In this document: positions 18,149 through 27,192 of the stretch, piece by piece
How positions within the stretch are numbered: position 1 is the first letter of the stretch
How the letters are laid out: the number at the start of each line of letters is the position of its first letter
Assembly: GCA_943787795.1 (NCBI GenBank)
Contig: CALSNU010000002.1
Coordinates: forward strand, 480,001-544,000
Origin: an uncultured bacterium
GTDB lineage: Bacteria; Planctomycetota; UBA1135; GCA-002686595
Length of the DNA stretch: 64,000 nt
Reading direction: 5' to 3'
Notes under the pieces: generated by a model
What the model saw: only the letters and a program-made list of their open reading frames with translations
Database searches by the model: none
Told to the model about the DNA's origin: nothing
Position numbers and translations under genes: made by a program

Positions 18149-20758
18149 TCAGTCATCCGAAGGGGTTTCAGGATCGCTCTCATCGCCGGCGCTGGCGGCG
18201 TCGGAGTCCGCTTGGTCTCCGGACGTCACGTCTCCGGAAGTCACGTCCCCGGAGAGGGAGTCGCCCTCGACGCCCTCGCCCTCCTCGTCACCAAACCTCT
18301 CGAGGTCGGAGCTGGAGATGATCTCCACCGAGACGAGGCTGTCCCCGTCCTTGAGGTTGACCAGGCGAACGCCCTGGGTGTTACGGCCCACCGTCGAGAT
18401 GTCCGCGATGGACGTCCGCACGATCATGCCGCTCTCGGTGATAAACATCGCCTCATCCTCCTCGCGGCAGAACTTGGCCGTGATCACCTTGCCGTTGCGA
18501 TCGGTGGTCCGGATGTCGATGACGCCCTGGCCCCCGCGCCCCTTGATGGGGTAGTCGGAGAGCGGTGTGCGCTTGCCGTAGCCGTTGACCGAGGCCGTGA
18601 GCAGGAACGCGTCCGGCTCCGCGACGACCATGCCGACGACCTGGTCGTCCCCCAGGAGCTTGGCGCCCTTGACGCCTCTCGAGGAGCGGCCCATGGCCCG
18701 CACGCCCGACTCGTCGAAGCGAATCGCGCGCCCGCAGGCCATGGAGAGCATGACCGTGTCACCCGGGCTCGCCAGGCGGACGGACACGACCTCGTCGTCC
18801 TCGTCCACGAGGATGGCGCGGATGCCGCCCTTCTTGGGGCGAGAGTACGCCTCGAGCTTCGTCTTCTTCACCACGCCGTTGCGGGTCGCGAAGACGATGA
18901 AGCGCTCCTCGTCGAACTCAGGCACGCGGAGGATCGTGTGGATCTCCTCGCCGTCACGGAGCTTGAGCAGGTTCGTGATGGCGCGCCCCTTGGAGCTCCG
19001 GCCGGCCTCGGGGACCTGGAAGCCCTTCTTCCAGAAGACCTGGCCGTAGTTCGAGAAGAACAGGAGGTAATCGTGGGTCGAGGTCACGAACAGCGACTTG
19101 AGCACGTCGCCCTCCTTCGCCTCTGAACCACGGACACCGCGGCCGCCACGGGCCTGGGTGCGGTAGGTATCCAGCGGCGTCCGCTTGACGTAACCGTCGC
19201 GGGAGAAGGTGACCACCGTGAGGTCCTCGGTGATGAGGTCCGCGATGTCGATGCTGCCGTCCACCTCCTCGATGCTGATCTTCGTCCGGCGCTCGTCCCC
19301 GTACTTCTCGATCACCTCGACCAGGTCCTCGCGGATCATCTCGGTCACGCGCTCGGCGCGCTCGAGAATGTCCTTGAGGTCCGCGATGCGGGCCACCAAT
19401 TCCGCGTGCTCGGCCTCGAGCTTGTCCCGCTCAAGCCCGGTCAGGGAGCCGAGTCGCAGGTCCACGATGGCCTGACTCTGACGGTCAGAGAGGCTGAACT
19501 CGGCCGCGAGGGCCTTCTTGGCCGTGTCGCGATCCGCCGACCCGCGGATGATCTCGATCACCCGGTCGATGTTGTCGACCGCGATCCGCAGACCGTCGAC
19601 GATGTGCTTGCGCTCCTCGGCCTTGCGCAGGAGGTACTTGGTCCGGCGCCGGATGACATCGCGACGGTGGACCAGCCAGGCGTTCATCAGCTCCCGCAGC
19701 GACAGCGTGCGCGGCTGGCGGCGGTCGATGGCCAGGTTGATGATCGAGTACGTGCTCTGGAGCGGCGTGAACTTCCACAGCAGGTTGAGCACCACATGGG
19801 GGTCCTCGCCCTTCTTGACCTTCACCACCAGCCGCATGCCGTCGCGGCTGGAGTAGTCCGTCACGTCGGCGATGCCAGTGATCCGGCCGTCCTTCACGAC
19901 CTGCACGATCTTGGCGATGATCCCGGAGTCCTGACCGCCCTTCTTGGTCTGGTAGGGGATCTCGGTGAAGACGATCTCCTCGCGCCCCTTCTCCTCTTCG
20001 ATGTGGTACTTCGCGCGAACACGGACGAGCCCGCGGCCGGTCCGGTAAGCCTGAACGATGCCGCTGCGGCCCATGATGGTGCCGCCCGTGGGGAAGTCCG
20101 GACCGGGAACGAGGCTGAAGAGTTCCTCCTCCGGCAGGTCGGGGTCATCGAGCAGCGCGATCAGGCCCGCGCCGATCTCCCGCAGGTTGTGCGGCGGCAG
20201 GCTCGTCGCCATGCCGACGGCAATGCCGTCGGAGCCGTTGCAGAGCAGGTTCGGGAAGCGCGAGGGCAGCACCGTGGGCTGCATGCGCGTCTCGTCGTAG
20301 TTGGGCTCGAGGTCGACGGTCTCCTTGTCCAGATCGGACAGGACCTCCATCGTGATCCCTGCCATGCGGGCCTCCGTGTAACGCATGGCCGCCGGCGGGT
20401 CCGCGTCGATGGAGCCGAAGTTGCCCTGACCGTCCACCAGCGGGTACCGCAGGGAGAAGTCCTGGGCCATGCGGACCAGGGTCGGGTAGATCACCGACTC
20501 CCCGTGCGGGTGGTAGTTCCCCGACGTGTCGCCCGCGACCTTGGCGCACTTCCTGTACTTGGCCCGGGGGCTCAGGTTCAGGTCGTTCATTGCGACAAGG
20601 ATGCGTCGCTGCGAGGGTTTGAGGCCGTCGCGAACGTCGGGCAGGGCGCGCGAGTGGATGACCGAAAGGGCGTACGTCAGGTACGACTCTTTCATCTCAC
20701 GCTCGATGGAGCGCGGGGTCGTGTTGCCCCCGAACTGGGGTGCTTCCGTATCGGTCAT
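18149..20758 (-). CDS. gyrA: DNA gyrase subunit A
   Basis: [26 protein letters not shown] (catalytic Tyr), GyrA-box-like QARGGRG, beta-pinwheel repeats and an acidic tail. Confidence 0.97.
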   Translation of the reverse strand: MTDTEAPQFGGNTTPRSIEREMKESYLTYALSVIHSRALPDVRDGLKPSQRRILVAMNDLNLSPRAKYRKCAKVAGDTSGNYHPHGESVIYPTLVRMAQDFSLRYPLVDGQGNFGSIDADPPAAMRYTEARMAGITMEVLSDLDKETVDLEPNYDETRMQPTVLPSRFPNLLCNGSDGIAVGMATSLPPHNLREIGAGLIALLDDPDLPEEELFSLVPGPDFPTGGTIMGRSGIVQAYRTGRGLVRVRAKYHIEEEKGREEIVFTEIPYQTKKGGQDSGIIAKIVQVVKDGRITGIADVTDYSSRDGMRLVVKVKKGEDPHVVLNLLWKFTPLQSTYSIINLAIDRRQPRTLSLRELMNAWLVHRRDVIRRRTKYLLRKAEERKHIVDGLRIAVDNIDRVIEIIRGSADRDTAKKALAAEFSLSDRQSQAIVDLRLGSLTGLERDKLEAEHAELVARIADLKDILERAERVTEMIREDLVEVIEKYGDERRTKISIEEVDGSIDIADLITEDLTVVTFSRDGYVKRTPLDTYRTQARGGRGVRGSEAKEGDVLKSLFVTSTHDYLLFFSNYGQVFWKKGFQVPEAGRSSKGRAITNLLKLRDGEEIHTILRVPEFDEERFIVFATRNGVVKKTKLEAYSRPKKGGIRAILVDEDDEVVSVRLASPGDTVMLSMACGRAIRFDESGVRAMGRSSRGVKGAKLLGDDQVVGMVVAEPDAFLLTASVNGYGKRTPLSDYPIKGRGGQGVIDIRTTDRNGKVITAKFCREEDEAMFITESGMIVRTSIADISTVGRNTQGVRLVNLKDGDSLVSVEIISSSDLERFGDEEGEGVEGDSLSGDVTSGDVTSGDQADSDAASAGDESDPETPSDD

Positions 20759-21011
20759 TGTTGGTCCCGGGAGAGTGTCTCCCCGTCCCCTTCGGGCGCG
20801 GCGGAGATAGCGGGCTGGCAGGCCCCATCAGCGGGACCCAGCGAGCCGGCTATTATCCGCCCTGGAGCGGTGCGCGGCTAGGTCTCAGAGGCCATTCCAT
20901 GGCCGTTATGGGCCGATTTGGCGCCCTCCCCGAGGCCCCACCGCGCCGCCCGAGACGGCGCCGCCGCAGTACGCCCCTGGCGCCACCTGGCGGCGGAGTT
21001 CCAGAGCGCCC

Positions 21012-22043
21012 TCAGATCGCCCGAAGCGGGGCGTCCTGGAGGTCTCCAGGGAGCATCAAGCCGGCCTCTGTGGCGACCCCATCCACCCACTCAAGGCCCA
21101 CGGCCTCGAAGGGCTGAGCCTCCACATCGACATCCTTCGGCGCGCTCTCCCAGAGGTGCCAGGACTCCCCGGACGCCCAGCCAGGAAGCGTCAGGTCCCC
21201 GCCAGGCCTGAGCTTGTCGGTGGTCGCCAGCAGGGTCGTGATCACCCCGAGCTCGCGCGCCTTCTCCACGAGGGCTCCGGTCCCCACGCGGCCAAGGAAC
21301 TGCTCCGTGCCCAGCGCGTCCGTGCCCAGCCAGACCCGGTCCGCGCGGCGGACCCCGGCGACCAGCGCCGCGTCGTAAACGAAGCGGACCCTGATCCCGC
21401 TCGCCACCAGCCTGCGGGCCAGCCGGCGACCACCGAGGTCGGGGCCGCCCTCCGAGACGATGACCTCCGGCGCAAGCCCCCTGGCCTGCACCAGCTCGAG
21501 GCCGCGCGCGACGGTCTCGGACCAGCCGTGAACCAGGAAGACCTCCCCCTCCTCGATGGCGGCGGCCCCCTCCAGGAGGGGGCGCGCGCAGCCTCCACGG
21601 TCCGGCAGGCGGAGACGCGGCCGCTCGGCGGCGTCCTCCCACCCGGGCCCCGTCAAGGTCTCGGCGGTCTCCAGCCAGAGGGCGCACTCGGCCGCCAAGG
21701 CCTCACGCAGCGCCGGGCTGCCGTCATCGGCGATCAGGGCCCCCACGTGCTCGAGTGAGGCGCGAAAGCGGTCCACCGGGGCCCGCCAGCCCTGCGACTC
21801 CAGGAGCACCCCCAGGCCTTGCTTCAGCGCGGCGCTCACCCCCAGGTCTGCGCAGGAAGGCTCCACCAGCCAGCCGTGGCAGGTCCGCGCGGCCCGCCGG
21901 ACCACGTCCGCAGCAGACGCCGCCCGATCCTCGACCAGGGCGCCGAGACGCTCCGCGAGGGGCTCGCCGGACTCGGCCTCGGGCAGCCCGGCGGAAGGCG
22001 GGGTCCATTCGAAGGTCGAGAGGGGCGTGGACGGGTCAGTCAT
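21012..22043 (-). CDS. eIF-2B alpha/beta/delta-like (ribose-1,5-bisphosphate isomerase-like) protein
   Basis: C-terminal Rossmann-like motifs HGWSETV, VIVSEGGPDLGGRRLA, DAA, ADRVWLGTD, VGT, DK and FEAV...VATEAG. Confidence 0.7.
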   Translation of the reverse strand: MTDPSTPLSTFEWTPPSAGLPEAESGEPLAERLGALVEDRAASAADVVRRAARTCHGWLVEPSCADLGVSAALKQGLGVLLESQGWRAPVDRFRASLEHVGALIADDGSPALREALAAECALWLETAETLTGPGWEDAAERPRLRLPDRGGCARPLLEGAAAIEEGEVFLVHGWSETVARGLELVQARGLAPEVIVSEGGPDLGGRRLARRLVASGIRVRFVYDAALVAGVRRADRVWLGTDALGTEQFLGRVGTGALVEKARELGVITTLLATTDKLRPGGDLTLPGWASGESWHLWESAPKDVDVEAQPFEAVGLEWVDGVATEAGLMLPGDLQDAPLRAI

Positions 22044-22147
22044 GGCAGCGGCCTGCGATTCTCACCGGGCGCCTCCGAGCGGGCAAGGTGATTCCCCTCG
22101 CCCCGGAAGGGGAGGCGCCGCGCGGCGCTCTCTGTCAGGATGCGCCG

Positions 22148-22642
22148 ATGCCCACCCACGACACCACCTCGCTGGACGCCATCGGACCCGCCCTCGGCCG
22201 GGTCTCCAGCGGCCTCTTCATCGTCACCACGCGGGACGAGTCCGCCGCGCCGCTCGGATTCCTGGGCTCCTTCGTCCAGCAGGTCGCGCTCTCACCGCCC
22301 ACGATCTGCGTCGCCATCGGCGCGGATCGCGAGCACCTCACCCAGGTGCGGCGGGAGGGGCGCTTCGGGATCTCGGTCCTCGGGGACGAGGACAAGGCGC
22401 TCATGAAGCCGTTCTTCAAGGGGCCAGATGACGGCTCCCCCTTCGACGACGTGGAGCACTGCGCGGCGCCGGGCGGCACGCCGGTCCTGCAGGACGCGCT
22501 CGCGTGGCTGGAGTGCCGCGTGAGCGGCGAGCACGACGCGGGGGACCACGTGGTGATCTTCGGCGTCGTGGAGGCTGGTTCCCTTCAGGGAGACGCGGCG
22601 CCCCTCACCCATACCCGAAAGAACGGGCTGCGCTACTCCTGA
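22148..22642 (+). CDS. Flavin reductase family protein (DIM6/NTAB)
   Basis: GLFIVTT, SFVQQVALSPP, LAWLECRV, AGDHVVIFG. Confidence 0.9.
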   Translation: MPTHDTTSLDAIGPALGRVSSGLFIVTTRDESAAPLGFLGSFVQQVALSPPTICVAIGADREHLTQVRREGRFGISVLGDEDKALMKPFFKGPDDGSPFDDVEHCAAPGGTPVLQDALAWLECRVSGEHDAGDHVVIFGVVEAGSLQGDAAPLTHTRKNGLRYS

Positions 22643-24276
22643 GCCCGTAGCGCGCTCCGGAGGCGTGGCGCCCACTCGCCCCCCATACGCTCCGCCTCGA
22701 CGACGGCGCGGGCCCTGTCGCCGTCGCGCGCCCGCTCAAGGACGTCAATCATCGCGCGGACCCCGTCGATGTCCCGTAGCTCCGCCAGCTGAGCCAGGGC
22801 CCAGGACCGATCCAACTGCCCGGCCTTCAGCGCGGCCTCGAGCGCGTCCGCGACCGCGACCTTGGTGCCGTCCGGGAGCGAGAGCGCGGCGCTCACGAGC
22901 GGCACCAGCTCCTGCTCGTCCTCGGCGTCGAGGCGGGGCAGCGAGGCCTGCGCCGCGGCGTACTCTCCGCGAGCGAGGCGCACCACCGCCCGGTCGGCGG
23001 GAAAGTCTGCGGAGAGCGACAGCCCCTGGGCCAACAGGCCCACAAGAGCTGCGACCAGCCCTGCCGTTCTCAAGCGGCCCATCTGGGCCTTGAACCTGAT
23101 CCGGAAGCCCTCGTCCGAGAGCGCCCGCTCGAGGAAGGCCACCCTGCGCGAGGGGCTGAAGTGCCGCCAGCTGGCCACGTCCCGAACGCGGCCCCCGACC
23201 CGATCGAGCGCGCTCACGAGCGCGGCGAGGTCGCCCTGAACCTCGAGACTGAAGAGATCGGCCTCGAGCTCGAAGCGGCGTGAGAGCCATCCAAACCCCA
23301 CGTACCAGACCCCAAGCAGCCCGACGCCCGCCGCGCCCTGGAACCAGATCGAATGCCCCTCGAGCACCTCGCGGAACAGGACGTCGCCGACGAAGACCAG
23401 CGCGCACAGCCACGCGATGAAGGCCCCCACGTGACGGCACCGCGCGTGACCGATCTCGTGGGCGTAGACCGCGCTGAGCTCCCGCATGTTGAGCAGCGAG
23501 AGCAGGTGATCGGAAAAGAGCACGGCCCGCCCCCGCTCGCGGAATCCGACGATGGCCGCGTTCGCCATCAGGTCACCGGTCCGCCACACCAGCAGCCGGC
23601 CCGGCTGGAACCCCGCGCGCTCCGCGACGACGTCCAGCGCCTGACGCCGCGCGTCATCGGGGAACGGCTGCGTATCCCAGGACCAGGTGAGCAAGCGAGG
23701 CAGGAGCGTCCCCAGCGACGCGACCATCAGCGCCGTGAAGGCGAAGGACGCCAGCCCGACGTACTGGACCTCGGTACGAAGCCAGTGGCTCTGCCCCACC
23801 GCGATGCTGAACAGGACGAAGAGACCGATGGGGGCGCAGCAGGCGAGCAAGAGGCGCGCCTGGAAGCGCCGCAGGTGACGGCGCACCAGCGGGGTGCCGC
23901 CGTGGACTCGCGCCGAGGCCTGGATGGCTGAGAGCTCGATGAGCGCGAAGGGTGCCATGGCCAGCAGTAGCCCCAGGTCCGGCCAGGCGTCCAGGTCCAG
24001 GGCCAGGCCTGTCCACTCCCGGATTGAACCCAGCCAGTTGGCGCCCAGCACAAGGAGGGCGTAGCCCATCCACCCGGACCCGGCCAGGAGCCGCTCGAGG
24101 CGCCTGGCGCGCACCGTCTGGCCCGCGATCGAGGCCCGGCGCGCGGCGAACCCGATCCCGTGGGGCAGGAGCAGCGCGATGATCAGCGCCTCGGGCCGTG
24201 GCTCGCTCGCCCCCACCCCCGCCTGGGCCAGGGTCAGCGCGACGAGCGCGGCGAGAACAGAGAACAGAGGGCCCAT
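22633..24276 (-). CDS. M48 family (HtpX/Ste24-like) membrane metallopeptidase
   Basis: ANAAIVG, AHEIGH, SRRFELEAD, WRHFS and multiple transmembrane helices. Confidence 0.85.
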   Translation of the reverse strand: MGPLFSVLAALVALTLAQAGVGASEPRPEALIIALLLPHGIGFAARRASIAGQTVRARRLERLLAGSGWMGYALLVLGANWLGSIREWTGLALDLDAWPDLGLLLAMAPFALIELSAIQASARVHGGTPLVRRHLRRFQARLLLACCAPIGLFVLFSIAVGQSHWLRTEVQYVGLASFAFTALMVASLGTLLPRLLTWSWDTQPFPDDARRQALDVVAERAGFQPGRLLVWRTGDLMANAAIVGFRERGRAVLFSDHLLSLLNMRELSAVYAHEIGHARCRHVGAFIAWLCALVFVGDVLFREVLEGHSIWFQGAAGVGLLGVWYVGFGWLSRRFELEADLFSLEVQGDLAALVSALDRVGGRVRDVASWRHFSPSRRVAFLERALSDEGFRIRFKAQMGRLRTAGLVAALVGLLAQGLSLSADFPADRAVVRLARGEYAAAQASLPRLDAEDEQELVPLVSAALSLPDGTKVAVADALEAALKAGQLDRSWALAQLAELRDIDGVRAMIDVLERARDGDRARAVVEAERMGGEWAPRLRSALRAQE

Positions 24277-24315
24277 GGGGCTCGGAATGTAGGTGCAGCG
24301 CCCTCCGGAGAGCAC

Positions 24316-25218
24316 CTACAGACGGTCGAGGATCTTCCGGGTGTTCTTGAAGTGGAGCTTGGCGGCGCCCCGCAGCGCCTCCTCCCCCTGCTCCTCAACG
24401 AGACGGCGTCCCACCGCATCGGTCGGGGCCCCCGCCCCCTTGTGCAGGGGCATCCCGAAGTCCTCCGAGAGCTCCGCGAGCCCGAGCAGGAACTCCTGAC
24501 GGGCGATGATGCTGGCGGCAGCCACCGCGGCGTGGCGCTCGGCGCGCGGCACCTCAGTGAGGCGGATCTTCAGGGGACCGAGGCGCTCGCGGACGAGCCC
24601 GCGGCGCTCGAACTGGTCGACCAGCACGTTCTCTCCAGGGTGCGCCAGCTGCCCGATCACCTCCGCGTGGAGGTCCGCGAGCATCGGATTGAGCGCGGGG
24701 TACTCGGGATAGATGGCGTTGTACTCGTTGGGATCCACGCGCCGGACCGCGAACTCCGTCTCGTCGCGGAGCTGCGCGCCGAGCTTCAGCGCGCGACTGT
24801 CGGTGAGGGTCTTGGAGTCCGCCGCACCCAGGGCCGTGAGCCGCTCCAGCATGTCCCCGTCGGCCCGCACCGCGGCGACAACCAGGGGGCCGAAGTAGTC
24901 GCCCTTCCCGGCCTCATCGCTCCCCGTCACCGGAGGATCGAGGTCAAGGGGGACGTCCTCACGCGCCGCCTTGCGCGCCTTCGGCGCCGCCGCCGCGCCA
25001 GGGTCGAGGTCGGTCCAGCGCGCCACGAAGGCCGCCGGGTCGCCGCCCTGAACCACGAACTTGCCGGAGGAGTAGAGGGTCGCCACAACGCCCTCTCCCT
25101 TCGCGCGGAACTCCGCGTAGGGCACCGTGCCGTACTCGAAGCTACCTGCGGAGAGCCGCGCGCGGAGGGCGGCGAACTGGCCCCGGGGGACCTTGGTCAC
25201 GAACGTGTCTTGGGCCAT
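24316..25218 (-). CDS. rnhC: Ribonuclease HIII
   Basis: N-terminal TBP-like domain (LYSSGKFVVQG), GSDEAGKGDYFGPLVV, DSK, VDQF, VAAASIIAR, AKLHFKN. Confidence 0.92.
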   Translation of the reverse strand: MAQDTFVTKVPRGQFAALRARLSAGSFEYGTVPYAEFRAKGEGVVATLYSSGKFVVQGGDPAAFVARWTDLDPGAAAAPKARKAAREDVPLDLDPPVTGSDEAGKGDYFGPLVVAAVRADGDMLERLTALGAADSKTLTDSRALKLGAQLRDETEFAVRRVDPNEYNAIYPEYPALNPMLADLHAEVIGQLAHPGENVLVDQFERRGLVRERLGPLKIRLTEVPRAERHAAVAAASIIARQEFLLGLAELSEDFGMPLHKGAGAPTDAVGRRLVEEQGEEALRGAAKLHFKNTRKILDRL

Positions 25219-25244
25219 CGCTCGGAGGACCATACTTTGACGGC

Positions 25245-25617
25245 ATGACCGAGCACGAACCCCGGGGCCCCGAAGTCTTCACGACCGACGTCGACGGCGC
25301 CGCTGTGACCGAGCGATCGCCGCAGATGGTGGAGACGCCCCTGGGCAAGCTGGCCCTGGTCCGGGACGGAGAGCGGATCGTGGCCATCGACGCCTGGTGC
25401 CCCCCACCTGGATGGGCCGCTCTGGGAGGGATCCAGCGCGGGGGGAGAGATCGCGTGCCCCTGGCACCGGTGGCGCTACTCCCTCGCGACGGGGCGCTGC
25501 ACCTGGGCACCCAAGGGGGACGAGGAGGAAGCGGCTGAGACGTCCATCGATGTCCACGCCACCGCTCTGGACCCCCAGGGACGGGTTCAGTTGCTGCTCG
25601 GCGGCCGGCCCGGGTGA
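25245..25617 (+). pseudogene. Rieske (2Fe-2S) ferredoxin with an apparent +1 frameshift (possibly an assembly error)
   Basis: Removing one C from the C6 run at 25400-25405 gives ...DAWCPHLDGPLWEG...EIACPWHRWRYSLATGRC..., ending at TGA 25615-25617. Both Rieske boxes are restored. Confidence 0.85.
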
Positions 25618-25763
25618 GCCTGACCTGCGAGGGGGCCTCACCTTGGACGGTCCCCCGGGGCCCCTCGCCCACTACACTCTCGGCCAGAGCCGGCGACATG
25701 GGTCGCCGATCGAGCACCCCTTCCCCATCAAGCACGGCGCGGCGCGCGCCAAGGTCGCACCCC

Positions 25764-27128
25764 ATGGGCCCCCTCAAATCCATCCTCGACGCGATCGGCT
25801 GCACGCCGCTGGTTGAGCTGCAGAAGGTCGGCAAGGAGACCGGCTGCCGCTTCCTCGTCAAGTGCGAGTTCATGAACGCCGGCGGCTCCGTCAAGGACCG
25901 CATCGGTCGGCGCATGGTGCTGGAAGCGGAGAAGTCCGGACGCATCAAGCCGGGCGACACCCTCATCGAGCCCACATCGGGGAACACCGGGATCGGCATG
26001 GCCCTCGCGGCCGCGGTGCGCGGCTACCGGATGATCATCACGATGCCGGAGAAGATGAGCCGCGAGAAGCAGGTCGTCCTCGAGGCGCTCGGAGCGGAGA
26101 TCATCCGCACCCCCAATGATGCCGCATGGGACGATCCCGAGAGCCACATCGGGGTCGCCAAGCAGCTGCAGAGCATGCTGCCCAACGCGCACATCCTCGA
26201 CCAGTACTCCAACGAGAACAACCCGCTGGCCCACTACGAGGGCACCGCGGTGGAAATCCTCGAGCAGACCGACGGCGGTCAGTTCGATTACTTCGTGTCC
26301 GGCGCCGGCACCGGCGGGACGCTCTCCGGCTGCGCACGCCGCCTGAAGGAAGACGCCCCGAACGTCCAGATCATCGGCGTCGACCCCGTCGGCTCGATCC
26401 TCGCCGGACCGGCGCCGATCGGCGCCTACAAGGTCGAAGGCATCGGCTACGACTTCATCCCCGACGTGCTGGACCGCGACCTCGTGGACGAGTGGGTGAA
26501 GAGCGAGGACCACCCCTCGTTCCTCATGGCGCGGCGCCTCATTCGCGAGGAGGGGCTGCTCTGCGGCGGCTCCTGCGGGACCGCGATGGCCGCGGCTGTC
26601 GAGGTGGCCGAGCGCGTGGGCCCGGGCAAGACCTTCGTGGTCATCCTCCCCGACAGCGTCCGCAACTACATGACCAAGTTCATGGACGACGGTTGGATGA
26701 AGCAGCACGGCTTCACGGAGCCGTCATGGGAGGAGGACTCCTGCGGCTCCCTCATCGGCCGGCTCCCCGCCCGTGAGGTCATCACCGCCAGCGGTGACCA
26801 GACCCTCAGCGACGCGATCGAGTGCATGAAGGAGGCCGGCATCAGTCAGCTCCCTGTGGTCGAGGCCGGCCGCCTCGTCGGCATCGTCACCGAGTCCGAT
26901 CTCCTGCGCCGGATCGTCGACGGTCGCGCCCAGCTGAGCGCCACCGTGGCCGAGATGATGTTCAGGAACGTGGAGACGGTCCACGAGAAGGACCCGGCCC
27001 GCAACCTCCTCGAGATGTTCTCGAGGGAGACCGTGGGCGTGGTCGTGAACGACGAGCACCACCCCGTCGGCATCCTGACCAAGATGGACATCGTCGACCA
27101 CCTGTCCTCCGCCAGGTCCAGCAGCTAG
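25764..27128 (+). CDS. cbs: Cystathionine beta-synthase with C-terminal CBS-domain pair
   Basis: KCEFMNAGGSVKDR (PLP Lys), EPTSGNTG, GAGTGGT, VEGIGYDFIP, ILPDSVRNYMTKF; CBS domains (ISQLPVV...GIVTESD, GILTKMD). Confidence 0.92.
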   Translation: MGPLKSILDAIGCTPLVELQKVGKETGCRFLVKCEFMNAGGSVKDRIGRRMVLEAEKSGRIKPGDTLIEPTSGNTGIGMALAAAVRGYRMIITMPEKMSREKQVVLEALGAEIIRTPNDAAWDDPESHIGVAKQLQSMLPNAHILDQYSNENNPLAHYEGTAVEILEQTDGGQFDYFVSGAGTGGTLSGCARRLKEDAPNVQIIGVDPVGSILAGPAPIGAYKVEGIGYDFIPDVLDRDLVDEWVKSEDHPSFLMARRLIREEGLLCGGSCGTAMAAAVEVAERVGPGKTFVVILPDSVRNYMTKFMDDGWMKQHGFTEPSWEEDSCGSLIGRLPAREVITASGDQTLSDAIECMKEAGISQLPVVEAGRLVGIVTESDLLRRIVDGRAQLSATVAEMMFRNVETVHEKDPARNLLEMFSRETVGVVVNDEHHPVGILTKMDIVDHLSSARSSS

Positions 27129-27192
27129 CGCCCCCGCCTCAGCCGCCCGGAGACGGGACCGCTGAACGGGACAACCTGACGGGCGCGGCTGC

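Noticed and set aside
25614..25763. Heme-binding N-terminal extension on CBS
   Set aside because: The extension is low-complexity and overlaps the Rieske stop, and it has no convincing Cys/His ligand pattern. ATG 25764 is the more plausible start.
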